DNA from: an uncultured Nannocystaceae bacterium
Lineage (GTDB): Bacteria; Myxococcota_A; Bradymonadia; UBA7976; UBA1532
DNA: 64,000 bases
Direction of reading: 5' to 3'
NCBI GenBank assembly: GCA_964402225.1
Contig: CAYOBQ010000012.1
Location: 20,747-84,746, forward strand
Positions within the stretch are counted from its first letter, which is position 1. Each line of letters opens with the position of its first letter. Of this stretch, positions 49,930 to 59,807 are shown in pieces. The notes below the pieces were generated by a model, which was given only the letters and a program-made list of their open reading frames with translations, was not told the origin of the DNA and made no database searches. Position numbers and translations under genes: made by a program.

Positions 49930-52408
49930 GGGTCTTCTCCTTGTTCTCCCCGTAGATCGTGCGCAGCAGCGCCGGGGCGAAGATGAGGTCGATGAGCAAG
50001 GCGACGGCGCAGGTGAGCCCGATGAGGAGCCCGAAGCGCTGGAGGTTGGCCATGTCCGAGCCCAGGTAGACGAAGAAGCCGGCGACCAGCGCCAGCGTGG
50101 TCGTCGCCATCGCGCGCCCCGAGTGGCTGGCGGCGCGGCGCACGGCGTACTCGGGGTCCCCCGAGTGCGTGTAGATGACGCGGAAGTGGTGCAGGAAGTG
50201 GATGGTGTCGTCGACGGCCACACCCAGTGCGATGCTCGCGATGAGCAGCGTATTCATATCGATCGGGATCGAGGCGAAGCCCATCAGGCCCATGATGAAG
50301 GCGATCGGCATCAGGTTGGGCACCATCGCGATGAGCCCGAGCTTCACGCTGCGCAGGAGCACCACCATGATCAGGGTGATCACCAGAAACGCCACGCCGA
50401 AGCTGCGCATGAGGTCGCCGAGGAGGAGCCGGATGGTGGTGACGAGGGTGTAGACCGAGCCCGTGGGCTCGACCCGGCCGGCGTCCTTCGGGATGTGGGC
50501 GTCGATGCCCGCCTCGACGTAGCGGGTCAGCGGCTCGAAGCCGGTGGCGTCGAGCCACTTCACGCGCAGGGTCATCTGCCCGCGCTCGAAGTCCGTGGAG
50601 ACGAAGCGGCTGAGCTGCTCCGGGCCGGCGTTCGAAAAGAGGAACATCGCGTCGTTCACGCCGCCCTGCGTCTCCGGGAGCGCGTACTTCGCCTGCGCGC
50701 CCCCGTGCAGGGCGCGGTTGGTCTCCTTGAGGAGGTCGACGAGGCTCAAGGTGTTGCCGACGAGCAACCCCTTCTCCGGGTGTTCGTAGGCCTGAATATG
50801 CGTCCGAAGCTTCTCGAGGCCCTCGAGCAGGCTCCGGTCGCGGACGCCGCGCTCGGTGGTGCCCGTCACCAGGAGTTGCACGTTTGAGGTGCCGCCGATC
50901 TCCTCGTCCATCATCTCGAAGGCGACCTTGATCGGCGTGCCGTCGGGGAGCCAGGCGAACGGGTTGTGGTAGACGCGCAGCGTCGTCGTGCCGAAGGCGG
51001 CGACGACCACCAACACGGCGCCGGTGACGAGGGTGATCCGGCGGCGCCGCTTGGAATCCGACGCCCCGACGCAGGCGCCGACGAAGTGGTCGAGGAAGTC
51101 GTCGCTGCCCTTCTCCTTGGCCCCGAAGCGGGCCGTCTCCGTGAAGCTGACGACCGCCGGCAAGAAGATCAGCGAGTGGACCATCGCCACGGCCACGCCG
51201 AAGGCCCCCGCGGTGCCCATGTCCTGGATGGCCTCCAGGCTGGCGAAGCGGAAGCTGAGCAGCCCGACCATGGTGGTGATCGTGGTGTAGAAGATCGGCG
51301 TGCCGGTGGTGGCGACGGCTTGGACGATCGCCTCGCGCCGGTCGAGCCCGTCGCGCAGATAGTCGCGATAGACGCTGAGCAAGTGCACCGAGTCGCCGAT
51401 GCCCACGCAGGCGATGAACGCCGGCAGGATGGTCGACATCATGGTCATCGTGGTGCCCGTGAGGCTCATCGCGCCGAAGGTCGTCACGACCGCCATGCCG
51501 ATCACGCCCATCGGGCCGACGACGCCCAGGGGGTGGCGGAAGATGAACCCCAGGATGAGGACGAGGGCCACCGCCGACAGCAGCCCGAGGCGCCCCATGT
51601 CGCCGAGCATCAGATCGTTGAGCGCCGAGTTGAGCGCCGGAAGCCCCACGCTGTGGACACGGAAGCCTTCGCCGTCGAAGCCGGCGCCGATCTCCTCGAT
51701 GGCCCTGTTGACGGTGAGCGAGTCCTCCTCGTCGAGGAACGCGGTGCGCACGGCCAACACCGAATGGCGACCCCTGGCGCCGACGACCTGACCGACCAGG
51801 AACGGGTCGCCTAGCACCTCGGCCTTCATCGCGGCGAGCTGGGCGGGGTCGGGCAACGGCTCCATCAACCGCCCGACGCGGATGCCCTGACCGTCCGGCG
51901 TCGCGCGGGTGCGCCGCACGTTGATCAGCGAGGTGACCTCCTCGACGACAGAGCCACCGGCCTCGTCGCCCCAGCCGCCCTCGCCCCCCTCGTCGAAGGC
52001 GAAGTCATCGGCGGTCTTCGGGGGCGGCTTCCTCGCGCTCTGGGTCGGCGACTCCCGACCCCGGCGGTGCCCGGCGCTGGTGACCTCGACGTCGAGCTTC
52101 TCGAGGGCGCGGTGGAGCTTCTCCAGCTCGCGGATGTAGGCGTGGTCGAAGACGTCGCCCTCGACCAGCAGGATGTAGACGTCGTCACGCCCGAACTCGT
52201 CGCGATAGGCCGTGAGCACCTTCTGGGCGCGGGACGCCTGGTGGACGAAGGCCTCGATGCTGGTGTCGCTCTTTATCCCCTTCGCGAAGTGAGCCGCGCC
52301 CGCGGTGAGGGCGAGCGTCAGCCCCAAGAACAGCCAGCGCGCGCCGACGACGGTGCGCGCGAGGGACTCGAAGAGCGGGCTTGGCGGGTGCACCCGCGGA
52401 TCAGTCAT
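49901..52408 (-). CDS. RND/MMPL family transporter
   Basis: Two TM clusters with GIGDSVH and GVAVDDTIHF; two periplasmic loops. Confidence 0.9.
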   Translation of the reverse strand: MTDPRVHPPSPLFESLARTVVGARWLFLGLTLALTAGAAHFAKGIKSDTSIEAFVHQASRAQKVLTAYRDEFGRDDVYILLVEGDVFDHAYIRELEKLHRALEKLDVEVTSAGHRRGRESPTQSARKPPPKTADDFAFDEGGEGGWGDEAGGSVVEEVTSLINVRRTRATPDGQGIRVGRLMEPLPDPAQLAAMKAEVLGDPFLVGQVVGARGRHSVLAVRTAFLDEEDSLTVNRAIEEIGAGFDGEGFRVHSVGLPALNSALNDLMLGDMGRLGLLSAVALVLILGFIFRHPLGVVGPMGVIGMAVVTTFGAMSLTGTTMTMMSTILPAFIACVGIGDSVHLLSVYRDYLRDGLDRREAIVQAVATTGTPIFYTTITTMVGLLSFRFASLEAIQDMGTAGAFGVAVAMVHSLIFLPAVVSFTETARFGAKEKGSDDFLDHFVGACVGASDSKRRRRITLVTGAVLVVVAAFGTTTLRVYHNPFAWLPDGTPIKVAFEMMDEEIGGTSNVQLLVTGTTERGVRDRSLLEGLEKLRTHIQAYEHPEKGLLVGNTLSLVDLLKETNRALHGGAQAKYALPETQGGVNDAMFLFSNAGPEQLSRFVSTDFERGQMTLRVKWLDATGFEPLTRYVEAGIDAHIPKDAGRVEPTGSVYTLVTTIRLLLGDLMRSFGVAFLVITLIMVVLLRSVKLGLIAMVPNLMPIAFIMGLMGFASIPIDMNTLLIASIALGVAVDDTIHFLHHFRVIYTHSGDPEYAVRRAASHSGRAMATTTLALVAGFFVYLGSDMANLQRFGLLIGLTCAVALLIDLIFAPALLRTIYGENKEKTHADPHQPAA

Positions 52409-53399
52409 CGTCCTCGAGATCCTGCATCGAGAGGGTCTCGATCTCCTCCTCGTCGTTGGGCAGGCCAAGGAAGTCGTGGAGGAGGTAGGGGCTGGTGGGC
52501 TCGCGGGCGAAGCCGGCGACGGGCTCGGGGGTGGGCAGGCCGAGCATCTCCCGGGCCGCGGGAGACAGGCCGAAGACCTCGCCGAGGGCGCGCAGGGCGC
52601 TCGACAGCTCGTCCAGGCTGCCGTGGCGATCGCGGGCGGCGGGGGCCATCGCCTCGAGCACGACAGGATCGAGATACGCGGCGAGCGGCGCGTCCTTTCG
52701 GCTCCACGAGGGCGGGGTGGCGAGGGCCCCGTCCCCTGGCTCGATGGTCGGCGGTCGCTGGCCGGTGAGCATGAAGTAGAGCAAGGCACCGGTGGCGAAG
52801 ATGTCGCCGGCGACCGTGGGCGTCCCGTCGGGATCGAGATCGGGCGCCTGGTAGGCCGCCGCGGGGGCCGGCGGGTTCGCGATGAATCCGCGCAGCCCGC
52901 GGGCCAGGCCGAGGTCGAAGACGCGGGGACGGGTCTCGTCGTCCCCGTCGGGATCGAGCAGGACGGTGGTGGGCCGCAGCCCACCGAGATAGAGGCCGCT
53001 GTGGTGGGCGGTGCCGACGAGGCGGGCGAGGCGCTCGCCTATTCGAGCCGCCTTGCGTTCGGCGAAGGAGCCCCCCTGGCGCACGACCTGGAGCATCGAG
53101 CGGCCGCGGAATCGCCCCAGGACGAGGTACCCGATGGTGGGCTCGAGGGCGCCGCCGCCGAGGGGCAGCATCAGATCCTCGGGCATCGTCCGGGCCCGCG
53201 CGGCTTCGCGTCGCACCCAGCGGATGAACTCGTGACCGCGCCCGGGGACCAGGTCGAGCGTGAGCAGCGTGCCCACCACCTCTTCCTGGACGTCGTGCAC
53301 CTCGAAGGCGGTCCCGATGCGCCAGCGTCCGAGGATGCGGTCGATGCGGTACCGCCCGTCCACCGTCCCGCCCACGACCAGTCGCTGCTTCTGGCTCAT
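52401..53399 (-). CDS. Ser/Thr kinase-fold protein, predicted pseudokinase
   Basis: GRYRIDRILG, DLG, YQAP, DIFATG retained; VAIK lysine and HRD aspartate absent (LGGLRPTT). Confidence 0.78.
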   Translation of the reverse strand: MSQKQRLVVGGTVDGRYRIDRILGRWRIGTAFEVHDVQEEVVGTLLTLDLVPGRGHEFIRWVRREAARARTMPEDLMLPLGGGALEPTIGYLVLGRFRGRSMLQVVRQGGSFAERKAARIGERLARLVGTAHHSGLYLGGLRPTTVLLDPDGDDETRPRVFDLGLARGLRGFIANPPAPAAAYQAPDLDPDGTPTVAGDIFATGALLYFMLTGQRPPTIEPGDGALATPPSWSRKDAPLAAYLDPVVLEAMAPAARDRHGSLDELSSALRALGEVFGLSPAAREMLGLPTPEPVAGFAREPTSPYLLHDFLGLPNDEEEIETLSMQDLEDDD

Positions 53400-53458
53400 A
53401 CTTCCCACTCAATCGCCGCTGGGCTCGCTACTTCCCACTCAATCGCCGCCGGGCTCGC
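53399..53458. repeat. 30-bp tandem duplication covering the pseudokinase RBS
   Basis: tacttcccactcaatcgccgc(t/c)gggctcgc x2, one mismatch. Confidence 0.9.
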
Positions 53459-53473
53459 GCGCGTCGGTCTATA

Positions 53474-54247
53474 TCACACCGAGTTGGAGAGCACCTCGCG
53501 CAGAAGGTCGGGGCGATCCGTCATGATCCCGCCGACCCCGTCGGCGACGAGGCGCCGCATCTCGTCGGGCTCGTCGACGGTCCACACGTTCACCCACTTA
53601 CCGGCCTCGCGCATCGCCTCCAAAAACGGCCCATCGACCAGGCGCAACCCGCCGTAGTGGAGGGGCATGTCGAGGACCTCGAAGCGCTCGTCCTCCGGGA
53701 GCGGGAGCCCGGACTTCGCCGCCGTGACCAGCTCGATGAGCGCCACCCGCGGGTAGAAGTGGCAGGCGCCGGGGAGCACGTGCAGCAACGCGGTGGCGAC
53801 GTCGTCGAGCTCGCTACCGATGCACAGCCGATCGAGGTGAGGCCGGACGATTCGGGCGAAGGCGTCGGCGTGGCCGGGGCGCTTGACCTCGATGTTGAAC
53901 CGCACGTCGGGCAGCTCGGCGAGGACCTCGGCGAGGCGGGGGACGCGGACGCCCTGGCCGCGAAAGCCGGGGTGGTGCCAGCCGGCGTCGAGGCGCTCGA
54001 GATCCGCGTAGCGGACAGCGCCAATGGGGCCCCGCCCGTCCGTCGTGCGCTCCAACGTGTCGTCGTGGAAGACCACGAGCTCACCGTCCGCCGTGACCTG
54101 GACGTCGGTCTCGATCAAGTCGGTGTCGTGCTCGGTGACGGCGGCGCGGAAGGCAGCGAGGGTGTTTTCGGGGTAGAGCGTGGCCCCCCCCCGGTGGGCG
54201 ATGTGCAGGGTGGGTGTCAGGCCGGCGAGGAAGCGCGTCGTCTCCAT
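53474..54247 (-). CDS. Glycerophosphodiester phosphodiesterase
   Basis: IAHRGG, PENTL, IETDV, FHD, NIEVK, WTVD, GIMTDRP. Confidence 0.93.
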   Translation of the reverse strand: METTRFLAGLTPTLHIAHRGGATLYPENTLAAFRAAVTEHDTDLIETDVQVTADGELVVFHDDTLERTTDGRGPIGAVRYADLERLDAGWHHPGFRGQGVRVPRLAEVLAELPDVRFNIEVKRPGHADAFARIVRPHLDRLCIGSELDDVATALLHVLPGACHFYPRVALIELVTAAKSGLPLPEDERFEVLDMPLHYGGLRLVDGPFLEAMREAGKWVNVWTVDEPDEMRRLVADGVGGIMTDRPDLLREVLSNSV

Positions 54248-54268
54248 CGATGCAGTATGGAGAGCCTC

Positions 54269-54601
54269 CTACCGCCCCGCTACCGTCACCCTCGCCGTGA
54301 TCTCGGCCACCTCCTGGCGAAACGCGCGGACGGCGCGGACGAAGGAGGGGTCCGTGGGGCACGTGGGCTCGCCCGTGGCGCCGCAGCCGAAGCCCCAGTT
54401 CTGCTCCAGCGATGTGGACAGCCGGGCATGGGCCGCCTCGAGTTGAGGCGACAGCTCGATGGGGGCGATCTTCTGGGCCGCTTCGATGCGATCGAGCAGG
54501 TCGGACGCGTCCCGACGCGCCTGCCAGGCAGCGTCGGGGGCCGGGTTGGCCCACGCGGCGGTGGTGAAGAGCAGGGCGGCGGTGGCGAGCAGGGACTTCA
54601 T
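54269..54601 (-). CDS. Small secreted protein
   Basis: Signal peptide MKSLLATAALLFTTAAWA; GGAGG RBS; one Cys pair. Confidence 0.7.
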   Translation of the reverse strand: MKSLLATAALLFTTAAWANPAPDAAWQARRDASDLLDRIEAAQKIAPIELSPQLEAAHARLSTSLEQNWGFGCGATGEPTCPTDPSFVRAVRAFRQEVAEITARVTVAGR

Positions 54602-54690
54602 CGCATCCTCCAGGGTTCCCCCGGGATCACGGCGCGCGGCCCCAAACGTGAAACGGCGGGTCGGCGCGGACCCCGCTCAAGCGCGGCGGT

Positions 54691-56577
54691 GTGGGCGCCG
54701 CTTCTAATCGGGTGGCTCCCACGCTCCGACCGACGCTCCTGGTGTGCCTAGCGGCCTGCGCCTCGCCCGATGGCGCCGTGAACCGGCCACCTATCGCCAA
54801 CGCCGGGCGGGATCTGCGGGTCCTACGCTCCGCCGAGCTAGTCTACGTGGAGTTGGACGGGCTGAGCAGTCACGACCCCGACGGCGACAGCATCGAGTGG
54901 CGCTGGTCGGTCGTGCGTGCACCGGCCGGGGGCGCGACGATCGGCGCGACGGCGGTGCGAGCCCCGAGACCCGTCGTGCCGCTCGAGGGTGACGGGCTCT
55001 ACGTCTTCTCCCTGGAGGTTCGGGACCGAGAGGCAGCCTCGACGCCCGACTACGTCAACGTGTGGGTCGGTCGGGGCGATCCGCCGCGTGAGCCACGCCC
55101 AGGGCCGGACGACGGCGGCGCAGACGACGCCGGCGCTCCAGACGCGAGGCTCGCGGACGCCGGGGACGTCGGCGTGGTCCCGGACGAGGGCGCCGGTGAT
55201 GGGTCAAGCCCCGACGCACCGGCGCCCCCGCCGGACGCCGCGCCGATGGTGGATCTGAGCGTCGCCGACGAGGCCGTCGAGCCCGACGGGCCTCCGCCGC
55301 CTCCGGTGGGACCGAACCGCGCACCCCGGCCGGTGATCGACGCGCCCGCCGACCGGGTCGATGTGGGTCAACCGCTGCGCCTGAGCGCGGCGCGCAGCCG
55401 CGACGACGGTCGACCGGGGCCGCTCTCCTTCACCTGGCGACTCGTCCGGGCGCCGTTCGGGGGGCGCGCGAGCTTCACGTCGCGGGGGGTCGGCGTCGAG
55501 TACATGCCACGCCGGGCGGGGCGCTACACCTTCGAGCTCGAGGCCGACGACGGTGAGCTGAGGGCGTCGGTGCGGCGCAGCGTCTTCGCCCGTGGGTCGC
55601 TGGCCTACGTGCTCTTCCCCGAGGACGGGGCGGCTCGGGCCTTCGACACCGATGATGGTCGACCGATCGGCGCGCCCATCCCGCTGGGCCCCCTCGACGC
55701 GGTCGCCGGCTTCGTGGCCCGCGCCGGGGTCCTCTACGTGACGGCGCATCACCGCGGGGACGCCCTGCTCGTCGTCGCGGAGCCCGGTCGGCCGACGCTG
55801 CGGCGCTTGCTCGCGGAGGACGCGCGGGCGACGAGCCCGGCGGCGGGCCTCGACGGCGTCTGGGTGCCCTTGCACGGTACCCCCGCGTTGCTCTTCAGCG
55901 ACCCGATCGGCGCGCGCCCCATGGTGACGCTGCGCCTCCCGCAGCGGCTCGACCGGGCGTTTGCCCTCGCGGTCCGCGGTGAGCGCGCCTGGGTCAGCAG
56001 CACGGATCCGCCGTCGCGCGTGACGGAGCTCGACCTCGCCGCGGGGGGGGCCCGGCGAGACCTGCTGCGCGGCTCCGATGCCTGCGGCCTGCTGCACACG
56101 GTGGCCGCCGACGAGGAGTACGTCTACGTGGGGTGTCGGCAGCGCAACGCCGTGGCCCGCGCGAGGTGGGGGCACAGCGGCGAGGTGAGGCGTGGAGACG
56201 TGATCGACCTGCCGGGGGGGGCGGCGCCGCGAAACCTGCGCGTCGTGTTGACCGACGAGCACGTAGTGGTCCGCCACCGGCTGACGGACTTCGTCAGCGT
56301 GGTGCCGACCTCCCGGTGGAGCCTGCCGCCGGAGCACGCGGACCGGGGGCGCGCGGCGCAGCGGGTGGTGCGGGTGGAGGACGCGGTGGTGGACGTCGCC
56401 GGGCGCGGGCGGAGCTTCTTCGCGTTGGTGAACGACGCCCAGGGCCGGGTCCGCGTCCACGCCTTCGAGGCGCGCACCGGGCGTCGGCTCTGGCGTCGCG
56501 GGCTGTCGGGGCGCCGCGCGACCCATCTCGCCGTCGACGTGGCGGATGATTTTTCGACGGATCTTGGGGAGTTGTGA
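54691..56577 (+). CDS. Lipoprotein with two PKD/K319-like domains and a probable beta-propeller
   Basis: LAAC lipobox; NRPPIANAG...LDGLSSHDPDGD..WRW; second repeat NRAP..LSAARSRDDG..FTW; start uncertain. Confidence 0.75.
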   Translation: MGAASNRVAPTLRPTLLVCLAACASPDGAVNRPPIANAGRDLRVLRSAELVYVELDGLSSHDPDGDSIEWRWSVVRAPAGGATIGATAVRAPRPVVPLEGDGLYVFSLEVRDREAASTPDYVNVWVGRGDPPREPRPGPDDGGADDAGAPDARLADAGDVGVVPDEGAGDGSSPDAPAPPPDAAPMVDLSVADEAVEPDGPPPPPVGPNRAPRPVIDAPADRVDVGQPLRLSAARSRDDGRPGPLSFTWRLVRAPFGGRASFTSRGVGVEYMPRRAGRYTFELEADDGELRASVRRSVFARGSLAYVLFPEDGAARAFDTDDGRPIGAPIPLGPLDAVAGFVARAGVLYVTAHHRGDALLVVAEPGRPTLRRLLAEDARATSPAAGLDGVWVPLHGTPALLFSDPIGARPMVTLRLPQRLDRAFALAVRGERAWVSSTDPPSRVTELDLAAGGARRDLLRGSDACGLLHTVAADEEYVYVGCRQRNAVARARWGHSGEVRRGDVIDLPGGAAPRNLRVVLTDEHVVVRHRLTDFVSVVPTSRWSLPPEHADRGRAAQRVVRVEDAVVDVAGRGRSFFALVNDAQGRVRVHAFEARTGRRLWRRGLSGRRATHLAVDVADDFSTDLGEL

Positions 56578-56613
56578 CGAGTGGATCTGCTGGGGGCGCG
56601 ATGGTGAGTGAAG

Positions 56614-56643
56614 TTGACACCCTTTTGAGAGGGTTTGTAGCCT
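56614..56643 (+). promoter_or_regulatory. sigma70-like promoter TTGACA-N18-TAGCCT with an inverted repeat (accct/agggt) in the spacer
   Basis: Read directly, upstream of the lipoprotein-murI-ftsEX run. Confidence 0.5.
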
Positions 56644-56683
56644 GCCTGAAAGGTGCGTCTGCTCGGCGCGAAGGGGAAAGACT

Positions 56684-58921
56684 ATGAGTCGGCTGGCGAT
56701 GTTCGGGACCCTGGCGGCGCTGCTCGCGGGGTGTCCGTCCGACGGTGGGCCCAAGACCTCGAACTTCGACGGCGTGACGCTGACCATCACGGCGAGAAAC
56801 GCCTGCGGGAAGAACGTCCTGCCGGTGCCCACCGTGCCGGAGCTCACGGTTGGCGATGTCCTGACGATGGCGGTCACCGTACGCGGCGTCGATCCTTCGA
56901 ATAGCTCCGGCACCGTGACCGGGGCAACGCCGGTGGAGATCTTCGTCGGGCAGCCCGACGAGGAGGGCATCTCCGAGGTCCCGAATACCGGCGTCTTCCT
57001 GTCCAAGGCCGCTGAGATCGAGCTCCCTCAGTACCCGGAGCTCGGCCACGTCTCACACGACGTCAAGTTCACGGGGTTCACCGCGCGCGACGAGTTCCAC
57101 TGCTTGAAGGGTGGGACCCATTTTCTGCATGCGCGCATCCGACAATACAAGGCCGGCGGCGTGGGTGAGCCCGCAGACGTCTTCACCCTCCGAGACCGCG
57201 GCTTCCCCATCCGCTGCGTCTCCCGCCCGGTCTATGAGGAGGAGTGCGGTCGCATCGGCGACCTCGGCCCCCTCGAGTTCGGCCCCGACGTCGCGGACGC
57301 GGGCGACGCGGGCGACGCCGAGGCGGGGATCGACATGGAGATCCTGCCCTCCTGGGCCCTGGAGTACATCCCCCTCGACAACGGCGAGGAGGTCATCGGC
57401 ATCCGCGGCGCGGCCGGCGGTCGGCCCTTCCAGGTGGAGCTGAAGTTCCTGGTCAAGGAGCTCGATCTGCCGGTCCCCGGCGTCGAGGTAGAGTTCAGCC
57501 TCGGCGACACGCACCCGCCCAACGTGGCCATCGATCCCGCCGCCGGCGCGGCTCGGACCGACCAGAATGGGGTCGCCACCGTGACGCTGATCGCGGGCGG
57601 GACCCCGGGCGTGGCGACCGTCTCCGCCACAGCGCGCCGCGACTTCGAGGGGGACACGCCGGAGGGCGGCTGCGCCTCGGCGGAGGAGTGCGGGGGAGAC
57701 ACCAGATGCGAGGACGGCGCCTGCGACATCTGCCGCGACCAGGTCTGCTACCAGCGACAATTCCAGGACTCGATCAGCCAGGTCATCACGATCCGGGCGG
57801 GCATCCCCAGCCACCGAGGCTTCCACTTCGTGTGCGAGAACACGAGGCTCGCCGCCTTCGACCGCCGTCGTGAGGCGCCGAACGGCGAGGACGTCTGGGG
57901 AGGTCTCGTCAACAAGCCCGGCACCGACTGCTTCGTCCAGGTCGCCGACCGCGTCAACGGCCGGGTCGATACGGCGACCCAGGTCTTCTTCCTGACGGAG
58001 GCGGGGACCGTCACCCAGGCCGCGGGCATCAACGACGACGGACGCGCGACGACCCACCTCCGCCTCGGCCGGCCGCCGCCCCAGGACGTCGAGCCGTGGG
58101 ACTACGAGGTGCAGGCCGGGTATCCCGGCCCCTACAACCCACGCGACGGGCTCGTGAGGCTGGTCGCCGTCACCCGGGGCGAGGAGGACTTCCTCGACGT
58201 CGATGGGGACAAGGTTTGGAACGACGCCATCGACCTGCAGCATCCCTGGCACCAACTATCCGACCCGTTCATCGACTACGACGACGACGGGGAGTTCGAC
58301 GACGGGGTCGAGGAGTGGCGAGACGGAGACGACAGCGGGGACTTCACCTTCGCCAACGACGACTGGGACGCCGACCTCGAGGTCTGGACGAGCGTGACCG
58401 TCCTCTGGATCGGAGAGCTCGCCGTGCCGGCGCCCCTGCCGCCGGAAGAGGAGGGCCGCTACCTGCGATTCGGGTGCGGCGAGAACGATGACGGTTGTAG
58501 CCCGATCCAGGACGAGAATGGTCGGATCGACACGATCCCGCCCATCATCAGCCGCCCCGGCAGCGGCTTCTACGTCTGGGCGACCTTCCGGGACCAAAAC
58601 GGAAACTGCCTGGGCCAGGGGGACTCGTCGGCGAAGATCGCCATCGATGGGGAGTGGCGTATCGCCGGTGAACCGGAGGACGTGAACCTCTTCCATCGTT
58701 GCTTCGACGATGCGACGGGGACGGTGCTCGGAGCCAGGCTCGAGTGGTTCGTCTTCAACACCATGCCGGACATCGACGGGCTCTTCGTGCGCGCCTTCGA
58801 CGAGTTGACCGTCGAGCTCGACTACGAGACAGCCGGCGGCAACAACGCCACGCTGGGGATCGCCCGCCACGTGATCACCGAGATCGGCGACCCGCCGCCG
58901 CCGGACGATCCCGGCAACTGA
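56684..58921 (+). CDS. Large lipoprotein with Big-1 Ig-like domain, Cys-rich insert and DxDxD Ca-binding-like motifs
   Basis: LLAGC lipobox; PVPGVEVEF...TDQNGVATVTL; GEEDFLDVDGD, FIDYDDDG. Confidence 0.78.
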   Translation: MSRLAMFGTLAALLAGCPSDGGPKTSNFDGVTLTITARNACGKNVLPVPTVPELTVGDVLTMAVTVRGVDPSNSSGTVTGATPVEIFVGQPDEEGISEVPNTGVFLSKAAEIELPQYPELGHVSHDVKFTGFTARDEFHCLKGGTHFLHARIRQYKAGGVGEPADVFTLRDRGFPIRCVSRPVYEEECGRIGDLGPLEFGPDVADAGDAGDAEAGIDMEILPSWALEYIPLDNGEEVIGIRGAAGGRPFQVELKFLVKELDLPVPGVEVEFSLGDTHPPNVAIDPAAGAARTDQNGVATVTLIAGGTPGVATVSATARRDFEGDTPEGGCASAEECGGDTRCEDGACDICRDQVCYQRQFQDSISQVITIRAGIPSHRGFHFVCENTRLAAFDRRREAPNGEDVWGGLVNKPGTDCFVQVADRVNGRVDTATQVFFLTEAGTVTQAAGINDDGRATTHLRLGRPPPQDVEPWDYEVQAGYPGPYNPRDGLVRLVAVTRGEEDFLDVDGDKVWNDAIDLQHPWHQLSDPFIDYDDDGEFDDGVEEWRDGDDSGDFTFANDDWDADLEVWTSVTVLWIGELAVPAPLPPEEEGRYLRFGCGENDDGCSPIQDENGRIDTIPPIISRPGSGFYVWATFRDQNGNCLGQGDSSAKIAIDGEWRIAGEPEDVNLFHRCFDDATGTVLGARLEWFVFNTMPDIDGLFVRAFDELTVELDYETAGGNNATLGIARHVITEIGDPPPPDDPGN

Positions 58922-58958
58922 TTGACCCCGGCGGTGGTGGCGCATACGGTCGCCGCCG

Positions 58959-59807
58959 ATGCCGCGCCCCCCTCGACCCGACGCGCCGATCGGCGTCTTC
59001 GACTCCGGCCTCGGCGGGCTGACGGTCGCCGCCGCCATCGCGCGGCGCCTGCCCGACGAGCCGCTGCTCTACCTCGGCGACACCGCCCGGGTGCCCTACG
59101 GGACGCGCTCCCCCGCCACCGTCGTGCGCTACGCCCGCAAGTGCGCCGGCTTCCTCACGCGGCGCCATATCAAGGTCCTGGTGGTGGCCTGCAACACGGT
59201 CTCGGCCCACGCCCTGGGCGGCCTCGCCGACGGCGCGGCGACCCCCACGCTGGGGGTGATTCGGCCGGGGGCGCGGGCGGCGATGGCCGCGTCCTCCGGC
59301 GGGGCCATCGCCGTGTTGGGGACGCCCGCGACCATCCGCTCCGACGCGTATCTCCACGCCCTTCACGAGATCGATCCGGGGCGGCGCGTCCACCAGCTCG
59401 CCTGCCCGCTTTTGGTGCCCCTCGTGGAGGAGGGCTGGCTGGACCACGCCGTCACCGAGCTGGTGGCCCGCGAGTACCTCGCGCCGCTGGCCAACACGGG
59501 GGTCGACACGGTGGTCCTGGGCTGCACACACTATCCGCTGTTGAGCGCGACGCTGCGGCGGGTCGCGGCGGAGATGCTGGAGCGGGAGGTGGCGGTGGTC
59601 GACTCGGCCACCGCCGTCGCGGCGGAGGTCGCGGCGCTGCTTGAGCGGCTGCGACTGCACCACCCGCGGGGCCAGGGTGAGCGGCACTTCTTCGTGACCG
59701 ACGCGCCCGAGACGGCCGAGGGCGTAGCGTCGCGCTTCTGGGGGGAGGCGGTCGGTGAGACCGCCGTCCGGCTCGAACACGTCGACGTGGTGGACGAAAC
59801 GCGATGA
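58959..59807 (+). CDS. murI: Glutamate racemase
   Basis: IGVFDSGLGGLTV, VACNT, LGCTHYP. Confidence 0.96.
   Translation: MPRPPRPDAPIGVFDSGLGGLTVAAAIARRLPDEPLLYLGDTARVPYGTRSPATVVRYARKCAGFLTRRHIKVLVVACNTVSAHALGGLADGAATPTLGVIRPGARAAMAASSGGAIAVLGTPATIRSDAYLHALHEIDPGRRVHQLACPLLVPLVEEGWLDHAVTELVAREYLAPLANTGVDTVVLGCTHYPLLSATLRRVAAEMLEREVAVVDSATAVAAEVAALLERLRLHHPRGQGERHFFVTDAPETAEGVASRFWGEAVGETAVRLEHVDVVDETR

Noticed and set aside
53399-53458. CRISPR array
   Set aside because: Only two adjacent units, no spacers and no cas genes.
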